A program made the translations under genes and the position numbers. Source: Octopus bimaculoides (Eukaryota). Taken from it: a stretch of DNA of 64,000 bases. Positions 1-13,745 of the stretch are shown one piece after another (positions within the stretch are counted from its first letter, which is position 1; the number at the start of each line of letters is the position of its first letter). Location: the NCBI RefSeq assembly GCF_001194135.2, contig NC_068982.1, positions 5,405,858 to 5,469,857 of the forward strand, read 5' to 3'. The notes beneath the pieces are model-generated. The model made no database searches. It was not told the DNA's origin and saw nothing but the letters and a program-made list of their open reading frames with translations.

Positions 1-59
1 GCATTTGGTTTTTTTCTCTTTTTCCAGGGTGGTAAAGATTCTGCTAGCTCGCCACTTTG

Positions 60-935
60 GGGTCAGTTTTAACATTAAGGGTAGTGAAGGCAGCAAGCTT
101 CTTTTGCCCATGCTGGGCAACATGCTCAGCAGCATTTTCTCCGACTTTACATTCTGGGTTCAAATGCTACCAAGGTCAACTGTCTTTCATCCTTTCGGGG
201 TCAATGAAATAAATCCCAGTTGAATCTTGGGGTCGATCTAATAGACTTACCCCCTTCCCCAAAATTGCTGGTGTTTTGCCAAAACTTGAAACCAATATTA
301 AGGGTGGTGAAGACGGCAGGCTGGCAGGATTGCTAGCATTCTGGGCAAAATGTTTGGTGGCACTTCATCGATTTCAAGGTCAAATAAGTATGAGTTGAGC
401 ACTGGGGCTAATGCAATCAACTGGCCCCTCCCCAAACACTGAAGGTCTCATGCCAAAATTTGAAATCAATATTAATGATAGGTGGTGAGCTGGCAGAATT
501 GTTAGCACACCGGGGCGAAATGCTCAGAGGTATTTTGTCTGTCTTTACGTTCTGAGTTCAAATTCCGCCGAGGTTGACTTTGCCTTTCATCCTTTCGGGG
601 TCGATAAATTAAGTACCAGTTGTGTACTGAGGTTGATCTAATCAACTGGCCCCCCTCCACCAAAATTTTGGGCCCTGTGCCTAGAATAGAAAAGAATATT
701 TGTTATCCTAAAGGTGGTGAGCTGGCAGAAATGTTAGCATGCCGGGCAAAATGCTTAGTGGTATTTCATCTGTCTTTACGTTCTGAGTTCAAATTCCACT
801 GAAGTCAACTTTGCCTTTAACCCTTTCAGGGTCGATTAAATAAGTACCAGTTATGCACTGGGGTCAATGTAAATCAACTTAATCCTTTTGTCTGTCCCCT
901 CTGTGTTTAGCCCCTGTGGGCAATAAAGAAATAAG
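60..935 (+). mobile_element. Four tandem copies of a tRNA-derived SINE with a Nin/Deu-like central domain
   Basis: Repeated GAGCTGGCAGAA...GAGTTCAAATTCCGCCGAGG...GCCTTTCATCCTTTCGGGGTCGATAAATTAAGTACCAG. Other copies at about 4260, 9230, 10110, 14460, 19070-19910, 55700-56130, 59440-59860 and 61950-62170. Confidence 0.85.
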
Positions 936-1149
936 TATTAAGGATAGTGAAAGACAAGATCAACAGAGTGACAAACAAAATTCTTTGTGGTAATTATTTA
1001 CCGATCTTATGTTCTCTGTCCAAATGCTGCTAATGTTAACTTTACCATATCACTACTTGGAACCTAAGGCAAGTGACTTCTACTGGTCTTGGACCAACCA
1101 AAAAGCCTTTTGAGTAGTTTTGGTAAACAGAAACTGAAAGAAACCCTTC

Positions 1150-1186
<37 letters not shown>

Positions 1187-2002
1187 AACCCCACCATATT
1201 TGACAACCTGTGTTCGTGTGTTTATGTCCCTGTCACTTAGCAGTTTGGCAAAATTCACCAATAGAATAAGTACCAGGCTTAAAAAAAAGTACTGGGGGCA
1301 ATTCATTCAACCAAAAGTTCTACAAGGTGGTGCCCCAGCATGGCCACCATCTGATGAATGAAACAAGTAAAAGATAATCAATAAAAAGAGTCCTAACGAA
1401 GCACTGAGGTCAATTTAATCAACCGTTTCCTCCCATCAAACCTTTTACTGTGATACCAGCACCAGCACCAGAGGGGTTGTCTTAATTCAGGCAAGTCAAA
1501 AGCTTCAGCATCATGTTATGCGTTCATTCCCAGCCACCAAAGAGGTTGTCTTATCCCCACATTGTCTCAAAAGTTCATTCCTTTCTTCTTAACACAGCCG
1601 GGTGGAAAGACAACCAGAGTAAAAAGGAGACAGAAGAAAGGGGTGAGAGAAGAAAAGGTGACAGATGGGAGAGTAATGAAGGGGTACCAGAGCAAGAGAA
1701 TAACAGAAGACAGAGATGCAGTTCATTGTTGTGGACGGCTGAGACATTGTATAGATGAACAATGATTTGTTGGTGTCTTGTCAAATCTGAAATCCACTCC
1801 TTGTACTCCAAGAGTACAAAGAGGAGCTTCTGATCTCCAGGGAACTCAGTTATGCTGTGGAGCAACCTCTTACACTTCTGAACATGTCTCAACCAAGTCA
1901 GCTCGAGTTTAGTGCAACAAAATGTCTATGAACAGCTGGAAGCCTACCACGGGTTCAGAAACCAAAGCCAGGCTACATTAATTAACAGAAGAATCAACTT
2001 AC

Positions 2003-2141
2003 TTGCATATTATACTGTGCTGGAGCTTCTTTCATTGGTAAACAGTTCTGATTATAATAAATGATCAGGAAACTTAATGTTGCCGTAATCACCGATACTA
2101 AGATGGTTTCTAGCACCTGACAAATTTTATTTTTGATATAT
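2003..2141 (-). CDS. CLCN7: CLC-7 exon YIKNKICQVLETILVSVITATLSFLIIYYNQNCLPMKEAPAQYNMQ (last exon found in this window)
   Basis: 139 nt, phase 2-0; CTTTGTAG acceptor, CAA|GTAAGT donor; matches human [24 protein letters not shown]. Remaining transmembrane and CBS exons must lie left of position 1. Confidence 0.95.
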
Positions 2142-3199
2142 CTACAAAGAAAACAAAGGGGAGAAGAACACAGGGGAAATAATGACATTTTAATTACGAT
2201 TTCACATTTTGTTTCAGTCATTTTGACTGTGGCCATGCTAGAGCACCACCTTTAGTCGAACAAATCGACCCCAGGACGTTCTTTGTAAGCCTAGTACTTA
2301 TTCTACCATTCTCTTTTGCTGAACTGCTAGGTTAGGGAGATGTAAATACCTCAACATTAGTTGCCAAGTGATGGTGTGGGGGGACAAACACAGACACAAA
2401 TACATGAGGAGACCCCCTTCGCTAATGAATGACCATGGGATTGCACCTAGAAAGTTACCCTCCGAGGCTCAAGTCTGGGCAAGGTTGTTTGTGGAAGGCC
2501 AGCAGTTGCCCATGCAATGCCAGCCCCCTCTCTCCACACCACTGATGTTATCCAAGGGAAAGGCAAAGGGGCCGATACAGCTTGGCACCATTGATGTTGC
2601 AATTCATTTCTACAGCTGAGTGAACTGGAGCAACGTGAAATAAAGTGTCTTGCTCAAGAACACAACACGCAGTCATGTCCGGGAATTGAACTCACTAACT
2701 CCCAATTGTAAGCTCAATGCTCTAACCACTGAGCCATACGCCTTCACATATACATACATATATATACTATTAAACCTTTCTTTTGAGATAATGAGGCTGT
2801 AACGGAGAAGTGCTTGGAATGAGTCCAAGACAAAGGATAATTGAAGAAGTAAACTCAGAAATAAAGTTTAGGTCAATCAGCAAAATCCCAAATGGAAAAC
2901 AGAGATGTAAAGTTTTTAAAATATTTAAAAAAGTACATATACATTAATCCATATTAATACAGATCAATACATATCTATATATATAAAAGCATAACATATA
3001 AATATATAAATAAAAACATAAATTAAAAGAATGTAAAAATATGCGAGATATAAATATGGTGAATGCAAATGAAAGAGGACACATTAACAGGAATAGAGAT
3101 TGAAGATAAAATGATAAACTACTTCTAGAAAACGATACAACATCATCATCATCATCATCGTTTAACGTCCGCTTTCCATGCTAGCATGGGTTACAGATC

Positions 3200-3560
3200 A
3201 AAGAGCAAAACCTACATTACTAGAACAGATAATTAAGGATAAAGTCCTGTTATTAGAGGAAGTCCATTCGACAGCCATTACTGGAGTACATTTTCAGTCA
3301 GGTAAAACGTTCAAACGGTTAGCTCATCTTTGTATGTAATGTTCCCTTCATCAGGAAGATGTCCTCCGTAATGAATTACATTGCAAAATGATCCAATACA
3401 TGCTCTGCAAACAACTTGTACATGCAAGTGCTTCCAGTCGAGAACTCCGCATACTGGAAGCCAGCAAGTGTATGGGGTCATCAGGAGAGAATGTGCACTA
3501 TTTCAGGGCCTACCTCTCGACAGCATCAATGCACACTGGCCCCACTCACTGATATGAGGC
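3200..3560 (+). mobile_element. Possible Ty3/gypsy integrase zinc-finger remnant
   Basis: About 120 codons with one stop: LLEEVHSTAITGVHFQSGKTFKRLAH...EDV...HCK, resembling the HHCC region (H...GH.G..KT...L....W....DV...C..C). Confidence 0.4.
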
Positions 3561-5620
3561 CCTGCTTGCTAGATCAACTGGTTATCAAATAAAGCTCAAT
3601 ATTCTTCTAACCATCGTTCATCGTCTCTTTTTAACCAAATCCAGTGGCTAGCCTTCTCCACTGTAGTTTGGATATCGGTCACGGTGGTATTTACTTTACA
3701 ATGGTATTTAGGCTTCTATAAGTTTTATAGGTCCATATGTAAATGAGATGAGAATTTACAATGGAGTGGTCCAAATAAAAGTTTATGAGTGCAAATAAAT
3801 CAAGCTGCTTAACATATTTTCTAACACATGGTCATGGTTTCAAACCACAATCAAGTGAGTCTATTTTTATAAGTTATTAAAAAAGTAGAAACTAATTTAT
3901 GATTGCATGAAGGAATGGCATCTGAAAACTTGTTAATACATTTGAGTTATACAGTTTAAGGATCAAATATGATGTACACCTGTTAGAATTTGCCCCATAA
4001 GAAGGGGCCTCGGCAATTATGGACCGTCAGAAGTTGTAGTTCAATATATATATATACATACATACATATATATGTGATAGGTTTCTTTCAGTTTCTGTCT
4101 ACCAAATCCATTCACAAGGCTTTGCTTGGCCCAAGGCTATGGTAGAAGTCACTTGCCCAAGGTGCCATGCAGTGGGACTGAACCAGGACCATGTGGTTGG
4201 GAAGCAAGCTTCTTACCACACAGCCAGTCCAGTGCCTATTGTTGATCACATCAACTCCAGCATTCAACTGGTTCTTATTTTATAGCCCCTGAAAGGATGA
4301 AAGGCAAATTCAACCTCAGTGGGATTTGAACTCACAACATAAAAACGGATCAAATGCTGCCAAGCATTTAAATTAGCGTGCTAACAGTTCTGCTAGCTCG
4401 CTGCCTTTATGAAAGTTTTAATAATACTAAAAGTTTTAGAAACAAATATTTAAGTATATATTTTGTTTCCATGAGAACCTGGAACCCTGTGGTTGGGAAG
4501 CAAGCTTCTGACCAGACAGTCAGGCCTGCGCCTATGCCAGTGACGTATTCTACATTCCCAACATCTTGTGTGCTTCATTGAACACAAGATCAAAATTTGA
4601 TCGTGTGCTCAAAAGAAATTAACTTAGGTAGGCTAAAGAAAAAGTTAAACATATTTTCCTTCTACTTTGAATACTAGTTACCTGAAATGACTCCTACTCA
4701 ACACAAGCCAACACACACACATATAAAACTGGCACTGTCGGTTATGATGACGAGGGTTCCAGTTGATCCAATCAATGGAACAGCCTGCTTAGGAAATTAA
4801 TGTACAAGTGGCTGAGTGCTCCACAGTCATGCGTATCCCTTAACTTATTTCTCAAGGGATTCAGCATGACACAGAATGTGACATGGCTGGCCTACTGAAT
4901 TACAGGTACAACTCACTAAAGCCAGGTGAGTAAACTGGCACAGCGTGACACAAAGTGTCTTGCTCAAAGACAAAATGAACTCTAGAGAATCAAGCTCATG
5001 ACCTTACAACCATGAGCAGAATACCCTAACCACCAAGCCATGCACCTTCACCAAACACACACTCAATGAATAGCATCAACTTTGGTTATAAAATGGCCAA
5101 ATCAAAATGTTTGATGATTTAGACATATATAAATAAGTCTTTGAATAGGAAAGAAGCCAAGTCTTTGGTAGGCATTATGACCCTAGGGCTTCAGATAAAC
5201 GCCTGTTAGATTAATAATCGGCAGTGTACTTTCATATATAAATATATATGTGTGTATATATGTATGTATATATTGCCTTTAGGAGATTGCTGATGAAAAT
5301 AGAAATGTAAAATATGGATCTTGGAGACATGGACAGTGCAGTAAAGATGTTAGGTGTGTAAATACAGCTCAAAGTCAGATATTTGGCAGGCAGTTTGGAC
5401 AAATTAAAAGAAAAAAAGGGAGAAAGAAATTCTTCTTTTCTTACTTTCTTAATTACAACACGTGTGTACTTTTAAGTGAGATTGGCCGATTCTATACACA
5501 TGCGTGAATGTGTGCACATGTATATATATGTATTCAAATACGAATGCATTTATTTTGTAGATAATTTTGTTACTATCTGTAATAATTGAACTGTGTGTCA
5601 ATCTACCATATATGGACAGG

Positions 5621-5668
<48 letters not shown>

Positions 5669-6620
5669 TAATTATGCAATTATGAGACTGAGTTCAATTC
5701 AGTTGTGTAGCACCGGGGATGAGTGCCTTCTACTATAAAATTATATATATATATATATATATATATNNNNNNNNNNNNNNNNNNNNNNNNNNNNNNNNNN
5801 NNNNNNNNNNNNNNNNNNNNNNNNNNNNNNNNNNNNNNNNNNNNNNNNNNNNNNNNNNNNNNNNNNNNNNNNNNNNNNNNNNNNNNNNNNNNNNNNNNNN
5901 NNNNNNNNNNNNNNNNNNNNNNNNNNNNNNNNNNNNNNNNNNNNNNNNNNNNNNNNNNNNNNNNNNNNNNNNNNNNNNNNNNNNNNNNNNNNNNNNNNNN
6001 NNNNNNNNNNNNNNNNNNNNNNNNNNNNNNNNNNNNNNNNNNNNNNNNNNNNNNNNNNNNNNNNNNNNNNNNNNNNNNNNNNNNNNNNNNNNNNNNNNNN
6101 NNNNNNNNNNNNNNNNNNATATAATAGTTGCAGGAGTGGCTGTGTAGTAAGTAGCTTGCTTACCAACCACACGGTTGCTGGTTCAGTCCCACTGCATGGC
6201 AGCTTGGCCAAGTGTGTTCTACTATAGCCTCTGGCCAACTAAAGCTTTGTGAGTGGATTCGGTAGGCAGAAACTGAAAGAAGCCTGTTGTGTGTGTATAT
6301 ATATGTGTGTGTGTGTATGTGTGTGTGTGTGTGTGTGCATGCGTGTGTGTGGGTGGGAGTGTTTGACCCCCCCCACCATCACTTGACAACCAACATTGGT
6401 GTGTTTACATCCCCATAACTTAGCAGTTTGGCAAAAGAGATCGATAGAATAAGTACTAAGCTTACAAAGAATAAGTCCTGGGGTTGATTTGATTGGCTGA
6501 AGGTGGTGCTCCAGCATGGCCACAATCAAATGACTAACAAATAAAAGTAAAGAATACTGTAGCATTAAAAACTATATATACATACACACACACGCACACA
6601 CATATATATATATATATTAA

Positions 6621-6907
6621 AATTAACAGAATGAGATAAAAATCCAAGGCTGTGAAAGATTTCAGAACATTTATAAATATAATGGAACTGCAGATACAAT
6701 ATCCATGCATATCTCATGTCTGTTTTCATTCCTCCACTTCACTCTTTATTTCATATCTTCTCTCGAGTAACTATTGCTTAACCATTTTCTCACACCGTCT
6801 CTGATGAAGGGATATATTGAATATTTTGGAAACAGCTGTAAGACCTTCTCTTTATAAATGTTCTGAAATCCTTCACAGCCTTGGGTTTTTACCTCATTCT
6901 GTTAATT
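6621..6907 (+). mobile_element. Penelope-style short element with hammerhead motif (family H2)
   Basis: 6621-6677 is the reverse complement of 6851-6907; core GTCT-CTGATGA...GAAA-CAGCTG-TA-AGAC at 6797-6844. Confidence 0.7.
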
Positions 6908-7013
6908 TTTTTATATATACACATGCTGATACATGACCTACGTTGGACTCATCATTCGCATAATCACTGAGTGTGGAGCTTAATTATAGTCTGTTCATAG
7001 CACTTACTCAATA

Positions 7014-8110
7014 TTACCTGACACCTTTGCGCATTATCAATTCCTCTCTTGTACTCTCCATCATCACATCAACCACTATTGCAAACAGCAATGGTGATAA
7101 CACAGATCCCTGATGCACACCAACTTTCACCACAAACTCCTCCGACAGCTCCGATCCAATTCTAACCCTTATCATTGGCCCCTCATATAGTGAAGGCAAC
7201 TTCGTCACTGCCCTCACTATTACCCCTATTACACCTCTCTTCCTCAATGCCCATTCAATCACCTTCCTTGGAACCCTATCAAATGCCTTCTCCAGATCAA
7301 CGAAGCACATGTACAATTCCTTCTCCTTATCTTGGTATTCCTCTTGCAATCTCCTTACAATGAACACTGCATCTATTGTCCCCCTTCCTGGTATAAAACC
7401 AAATTGCATCTCATCCACCCCTTTTTGAATTCTCCTCTCCAATACCCTTTCCACTATCTTCATTGCATGCTCCAATAACTTCACTCCCTTATACGCCCTA
7501 CAACTCATTACATTCCCCTTCCCCTTGAAATTCGGTACCACCCCACTTAGTGCCCAATCATCTGGCATTCCCCTTCCATCCAGTACACCCTGGCAAATCT
7601 CCATCATCACAACAATCCCTATCTCTCCATTTGCAGTTATCATTTCCACACTTACTTCTGATGGACCAGCTGCCTTTCCTGTTTTCATTTCCTTCATTGC
7701 CTCCACTACTTCTTCCTGACTAACCCTCTCCACTGGCCCCTACACCACAGCAACTTCCATACTCTGATCCTATTCATTCACCTCGTTCATAATTCCTTCC
7801 ATATGCTCCTTCCAAACTCTTTCCCTGTCCTTCTCGCTAAAATTCAACCTTCCATCACTCTCCCTCAACATCTCTTCCATCTTTTTGCATTAATAAACCT
7901 AAACACTCTGTCTGGGTTCTCATCCAGCCCACTCAACCTCTCCTCAGCCTCCTTCCTCACAGATCTCGCAGCCACCCTCTTTGCACGATTCTTCACATTA
8001 TTATACCTGGCTTTCATTTGCTCAGTCCTATTATTACATAAAGCTTTGTGCGCCTCCGTCTTCCTCACTATCGCATCCCTCACCTCCTCATTCCAACACC
8101 ACATATCTCT
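7014..8110 (-). mobile_element. RTE-clade LINE fragment (linker plus reverse transcriptase N-terminal half)
   Basis: ORF 7014-7733: GKAAGPS, KGKG, QFGFIPGRGTIDAVF, FVDLEKAFDRVPR, GVHQGSVLSPLLF; the upstream part (WCWNEEVRDAI...) is in another frame. Confidence 0.95.
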
Positions 8111-11100
8111 GATCCTTCCACACACACACACACACACACACACATAGTAATCCCACAACTATCGCGGATCTTACGTTCCCAAACCTCCAACGATAGGTGA
8201 AAATCCACAAAGTAGAAACAGTACTGTTTGTATTTTCTTTTTTATTTTTATAATTTGTATATATTTATTTTATCATAAATGCAAAACGACACCACAGAGG
8301 AATCGACCTAAGCTTAAATAATAAACCACAATAGGTGAACCGTGATATGGCGAAGGATTACTGTAGTTGCAAAACAAAAGCAGTAACATGAAAGAGTGCA
8401 AAGGACTATTTAAGTTGTTACAATATGAACACGATTCTCTTTCCTCCACTGATGAAACTTGAGTTGCAACGAAAACATATTTTATGGCTGGGGTAAACTT
8501 TATTTATTTCAATATTATAAATTTTCTGTTGCATTTAGTGTCTATATGTCCTACCATGTAAATTAAATTGCATTATTTAAACTCTGCTTTAGGATATACA
8601 GTGTGGTGTTTCTTATGTGTTAAGCTGACAACCTAATGATTTATAAGAATGGCCTTTTGTTATGTTCTGTCTGTTCACAGAGATGCCATGTAAACTGTTT
8701 GGTAAGAGTTGTCTGCTTTCTATATAGTCTTAGAGTTCAGTATAATCTACCTCTTTGTCATGGATTATAGAGTTTTGAAATTAAAAATGTCACTCCTGAA
8801 AAAGTCTCTCAACTTCTGGATTTCAACTTGTATGACTATTTAATTTAGTTTGGTATAGTGAAGAATTAATACTTTGTAAATAAATGAAGTCAATAGACTT
8901 AGATTATGGTGACAAAAGTAAGCATTATTTAGGAAAAAATTTATAAATGTAGGTAAAGAAAAGACTAAAATATTGTTTAAAAACTGCATAAAAATAAAAT
9001 AATGAACAAAACTGAAAAATAATGGAATAGGTTTAAGAAATTGAATTTTAGTTAAAACACACACACACAATGGGCTTCTTTCTGTGAACCAAATATACTC
9101 ACAAGGCTTTCATTGGCATAGGGTTATGAAAGAAGACACTTGCCTAAGGTGCCATGCAGTGGGACTGAACCTGGAACCATGTGGTTGGGAAGCAAGCTTC
9201 TTACCACACAGCCACGCCGGCACCTAGTGCTCAGCTGATACTTATTTTATCAACTCGAAAAGCATGGAAGGCAAAGCTAACTTCGGCAGAATTTGAACTC
9301 AGAATGTAAAGATGGACGAAATGCCACTCTGCCTTTTCTCTGACACGGTAACGATCCTGCCAGGTCGAATGATTGAAAATATCGAAAAGGATTTTTGATT
9401 GCTTAGACTTTGAAATGTTCATTAAAAAAAAATGCTTAAAAATTTCTTTGAAAATCTATAAAGATAAATTTTACAAGTATTAAAATGTCTTATTAAAGCA
9501 TCTAATTAATTTCTTTAACGAAATAAATTAAAGTATTTGTAATTCTAAATATAGATTTTAGTCCTTCTTTATGTCTGTCCGCCATTCAACTAATAATTTC
9601 AAGAATGGCTTTTTATTTTGTTTGTAACTCACTTTTTAAAAATATCAGAAAATTATTCCCTTCATCTTCTGTAAAAATCCATTTCTATAAACACTAGCTC
9701 CTGTAACAAATTCTTTCTATATTTTTCTTTCAGACTTACATGAACCATCCTGCCAGTTTAGTTGCTAATGACCTGAACGTTACAAGGATGTACTAGTTTG
9801 TTTACCAGGAAATGGTCTCTGGTTATCAGAAATATGACCTGATATAATTGATCTACAATTATCCTACGTAAATCACAGATAAGCTTATTATTTTATCTTA
9901 ATTTCAATTACGAAAACTGATAAACTTTGTCAAAACAACAGTTTGTAGTTACCAGCTTTTTAATAAATAAACTACAAAACCTGAACACATTTACCTCCAT
10001 TCTCTTTTTTTTCTCTCTCTCGCAAACTTAAAGCTGTGTCTGTCCATTCTGTCCATTACTTTTTTGCTTTACCTTCATAAAACTCATTGGAATTTGAATA
10101 TCACAAACACGTTAATGTGCCAGGAAAGATGCTTCATGGCATTTTGTTCATCCTTACGTTCTGATCTCAAATACTGCCAAAGTCAACTTTACTTTTCATT
10201 CTTTCTGGGTCATTAAAATAGGTACCAGTCATGTACTGGGTTGATGTAATTGACTTATTCATCATCATCGTCGTTTAACGTCCGCTTTCCATGCTGGCAT
10301 GGGTTGGACGATTTGACTGAGGACTGGTGAAACCAGATGGCTACACCAGGCTCCAATCTAATCTAGCAAAGTTTCTACAGCTGGATGCCCTTCCTAACAC
10401 CAACCAATCAGAGAGTGTAGTGGGTGCTTTTACGTGCCACTGGCACGAGGGCCAGTCAGGTGGTACTGGCAACGGCCACGCTCAAAATGGTGTATTTTAT
10501 GTGCCACTGCCAAGGGAGCCAGTCCAGGGGCACTGGCACAATCTTGCTTGAATGTCTTTACACATGCCACCGGCACAAGTGCCAAGAAGGTGACGCTGGG
10601 CACAGGTGCCATCACCCTTCTTTGAAATTGCTGGCCTTGTGTCAAAATTTGAAATCAATATTACAGACATGAAAGAACATCTTGGCAATTACTCTTTTTC
10701 TCTCAGCATTCCTACAATAACCTTAAATGTGAAAACCTTAATAGGAATTTAAAGACCTTGCCTCTAGGAATTTTCCATTTCTAAATTATAGATTCAACAA
10801 ATAACACCCTAATTTTCCAATCATTTAATAATACTGTATGGCTGAAACAAGCAATTGTAATTCTCAGTGATTTAACATCCTCTACTTTAATAGAGACAAA
10901 CGAGTTAATTAACCTTTTCAATACATTATAAGTTATAGCTGCTTGAATTATAATTGAGTTTCATGCTAATTATTATTCAAGTGATTAAAACAGTAAAGCA
11001 ACATCACAAGATATACCATGAGCAAAAATGTTTACAAACACATTGAAATACGATTTGCCAACAGTGCATCAAGATTGGATTGGCTGCCAAAAACCTAAGA

Positions 11101-12591
11101 TAAGGAACCCACACATTTGATTGTCATGAGGAGAGTATATGACATTTTCATCTCTTCACAAGCAAACCTTGTTTTCGTTTTCAGTACCCCACACACACAC
11201 ATACATATATNNNNNNNNNNNNNNNNNNNNNNNNNNNNNNNNNNNNNNNNNNNNATTATATTAAATATATATTATATATTTATTTATTGTAAGCAAGAAA
11301 AATGATCAATAAAGTTTTGAAGTTGAATGTTTTTTTTTTTACGGATATGTACTTGCATAGCAAGTAACCTGATCTGAGATCATGTGCTGAAACAAAAACA
11401 ATTGCAGCGTGGAAGGTGTTTATAAGCCATTTAGGAAACACACTAAAACTGTTAGATTCACTTCAACATTTAAATCTAATTTGTCAAAATATTTTCATTG
11501 CTTTGAAACCATGGAGCCAGTCAGGGGGCACTGGCATCGACCACGTTCGGATGGTGCATTTTATGTGCCACCAGCACAGGGAGCCAATCAGAGGGCACTG
11601 GCATTGGCTACATTTGGATGCCCTTCCTAACGCCAACCACTTCAAGAGTGTAGTGGGTGTTTTTATGTGCCACAGGTATGGGAGCCAGTCAGGGGGCACT
11701 GACATCGATCACGAGAAGGAAAAACAAATGCCTGGGCACAGGTGAAGCAGTTTGTTTAAAAATCCTGTGGTTCCAGGCTCAGTACTCCTGTACACAACAG
11801 CTTAGCCTTGGACCAACTTAAGCACTATGGAATCAGTCAAAGAGCTTACTTTCATCGGAATGACTTCTGTTGAAAACAATAACTTGAATATAACTGATTT
11901 TGATTGGAGGACTAAGATTCGCCCACTCTCCATATGGCATCTATCCCAGTTTGACTGAAAATCATTTCAGGTGCATGAAGCCAGCAGCTTGCAGATTGCG
12001 TTTTAATGATTATCATGAAATCAACCAAATATGAAACGTTTACCAGTTTTGAAAGTAAGGTCCTCAACTAAGGTGCCCCATAAAATACAAGATAGAAGGT
12101 AACTCAATATTTTCAGCTGAGCTAAAAGTTCTTTGCACACAAAATGAAAAAGGTAGTGTTGTCAGTAGACTGTGGCCATGCAGGGGCACTGCCTTGAAGA
12201 ATTCTTAGTCGAATGAATTGACTCCAGCACTTAGTTTTTTTTAAGCCTGGTACTTATTATATCAATCTGTTTTACTGAACTGCTAAGTTAAGGGGCATAT
12301 AAACACACCAATATCAATTGTCAAGTGGTGGTTGGGGACAGAGAGAGGTGCACACACACACACACACACACACATACAATGGGTTTCTTTCAGCTTCTGT
12401 CTACCAAATCCACTCACAAGTCTTTGGTTGGCCTATGACTATAGTAGAAGACACTCACCAAAAATATCACTCAGTGGGACAGAACTCAGAGCAATGTGGT
12501 TGGGAAGCAAGCTTCTTACCACACAGCCACACCTGGGCCTAATTTGCTAGTAAAAAGGACATTAAAAAACAAGAAAATCAAGTGTACTTAC

Positions 12592-12652
12592 TTTTGACGA
12601 AATATCGTCAATCTATGATTGATACTATTGAACAGGGAACCTAGTAATCCAC
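12592..12652 (-). CDS. CLCN7: CLC-7 exon (G)GLLGSLFNSINHRLTIFRQ(K)
   Basis: 61 nt, phase 1-2; TTTGCAG acceptor, GTAAGT donor; matches human [20 protein letters not shown]. Confidence 0.96.
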
Positions 12653-13745
12653 CTGCAAATGGGAGAAAAGAAAAATAGGGGACATTTTATTTCAACATTA
12701 TCAAACAGTGATTTTGAAGTTTCAGTTTTTAAAGTCAGGTATCCTCTCAAACATTAGTAATTTTCAGCGATGAGGATTAGTTAAGCCAATGAGGGAGTCC
12801 CCGTGTGGATGAAATAGCAATCAAATCTCACTTAAATCATACAAAATTATTTTTGAAAATGATGGTCACATTGTACAATGTAGTATTGGATCATCATCAT
12901 TTAATGTCAATTTTCCATGTTGGCTTGAGTTTGACAGGAGTTGGCAAACCAGAGTGCTGCATTAGCCTCTAATTGTCTATTTTGGCAAGGTTTCTATGGC
13001 TGGATGTCCTTCCTAACACCAGCCATCTTACAGTACTCTGGGTGCTTTTAATGTGGCACCAGCACAGTTGTTACTTATGTGACACTATACTGCTAATATT
13101 TCTAAGAAACCCATTGTAACAAATGTTGTTGTACAACAAATATTGTATAAAATTTTAATGTATGAACAGAATGACTGATGCTAATCGTCATCATTGTCGT
13201 TTAACATCCGCCTTCCATGCTGGCATGGGTTAGACGATTTGACTGAGGACTGGCAAGCCAGAAGGCTGCACCAGGTTCCAATCTGATTTGGCAAGGTTTC
13301 TACAGCTAGATGCCCTTCCTAACAGCAACCACTCCAAGTGTATAGTGGGGGCTTTTTACATGCCACCAGCACGGGAGCCAGTCAGGTGGCACTGGTATCG
13401 GCCACGCTCAAATGCCAGAGGTTGGCTAATGTGTGAGATTAATTTCCAGGTGACTAAGTATTCAAATCACATTTCCACTATATACACTGTTCTGATTTTA
13501 AGTAAAGCATGTACCTACTTTAATATATTTGCACGAAAATCAAGTTTCACTTTCACTTTATAATTAAGAATTCAGCAGTAGGAATAATGGTGTACAGCTG
13601 TAAAAATAATTGTGCCAACAATATGCAACAATGAAAATTTTTAGAAACTATGCCAACTAGACAAGTAAGGAAAAAATAAAATATATAAATAGGCCTTCAA
13701 AAACCAACCCAAAGCAAAATATTAATTTTGAAGTATTCAATTTAA

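Noticed and set aside
1575-1892. 105-aa minus-strand ORF just downstream of the last CLCN7 exon
   Set aside because: No resemblance to the expected next ClC-7 exon (LFC.DGEYN) and no good splice sites; ends in low-complexity sequence. Probably a decayed repeat.
3340-3360. Other isolated CTGATGA/CTGAAGA matches (also about 1351, 5291, 17390, 58592, 61335)
   Set aside because: No paired stem II followed by GAAA and no stem I; expected by chance.
5719-6238. ORFs containing X runs (also about 16000, 24830, 26200, 42440-43300, 47900, 49200, 52900)
   Set aside because: Artefacts of reading through N gaps.
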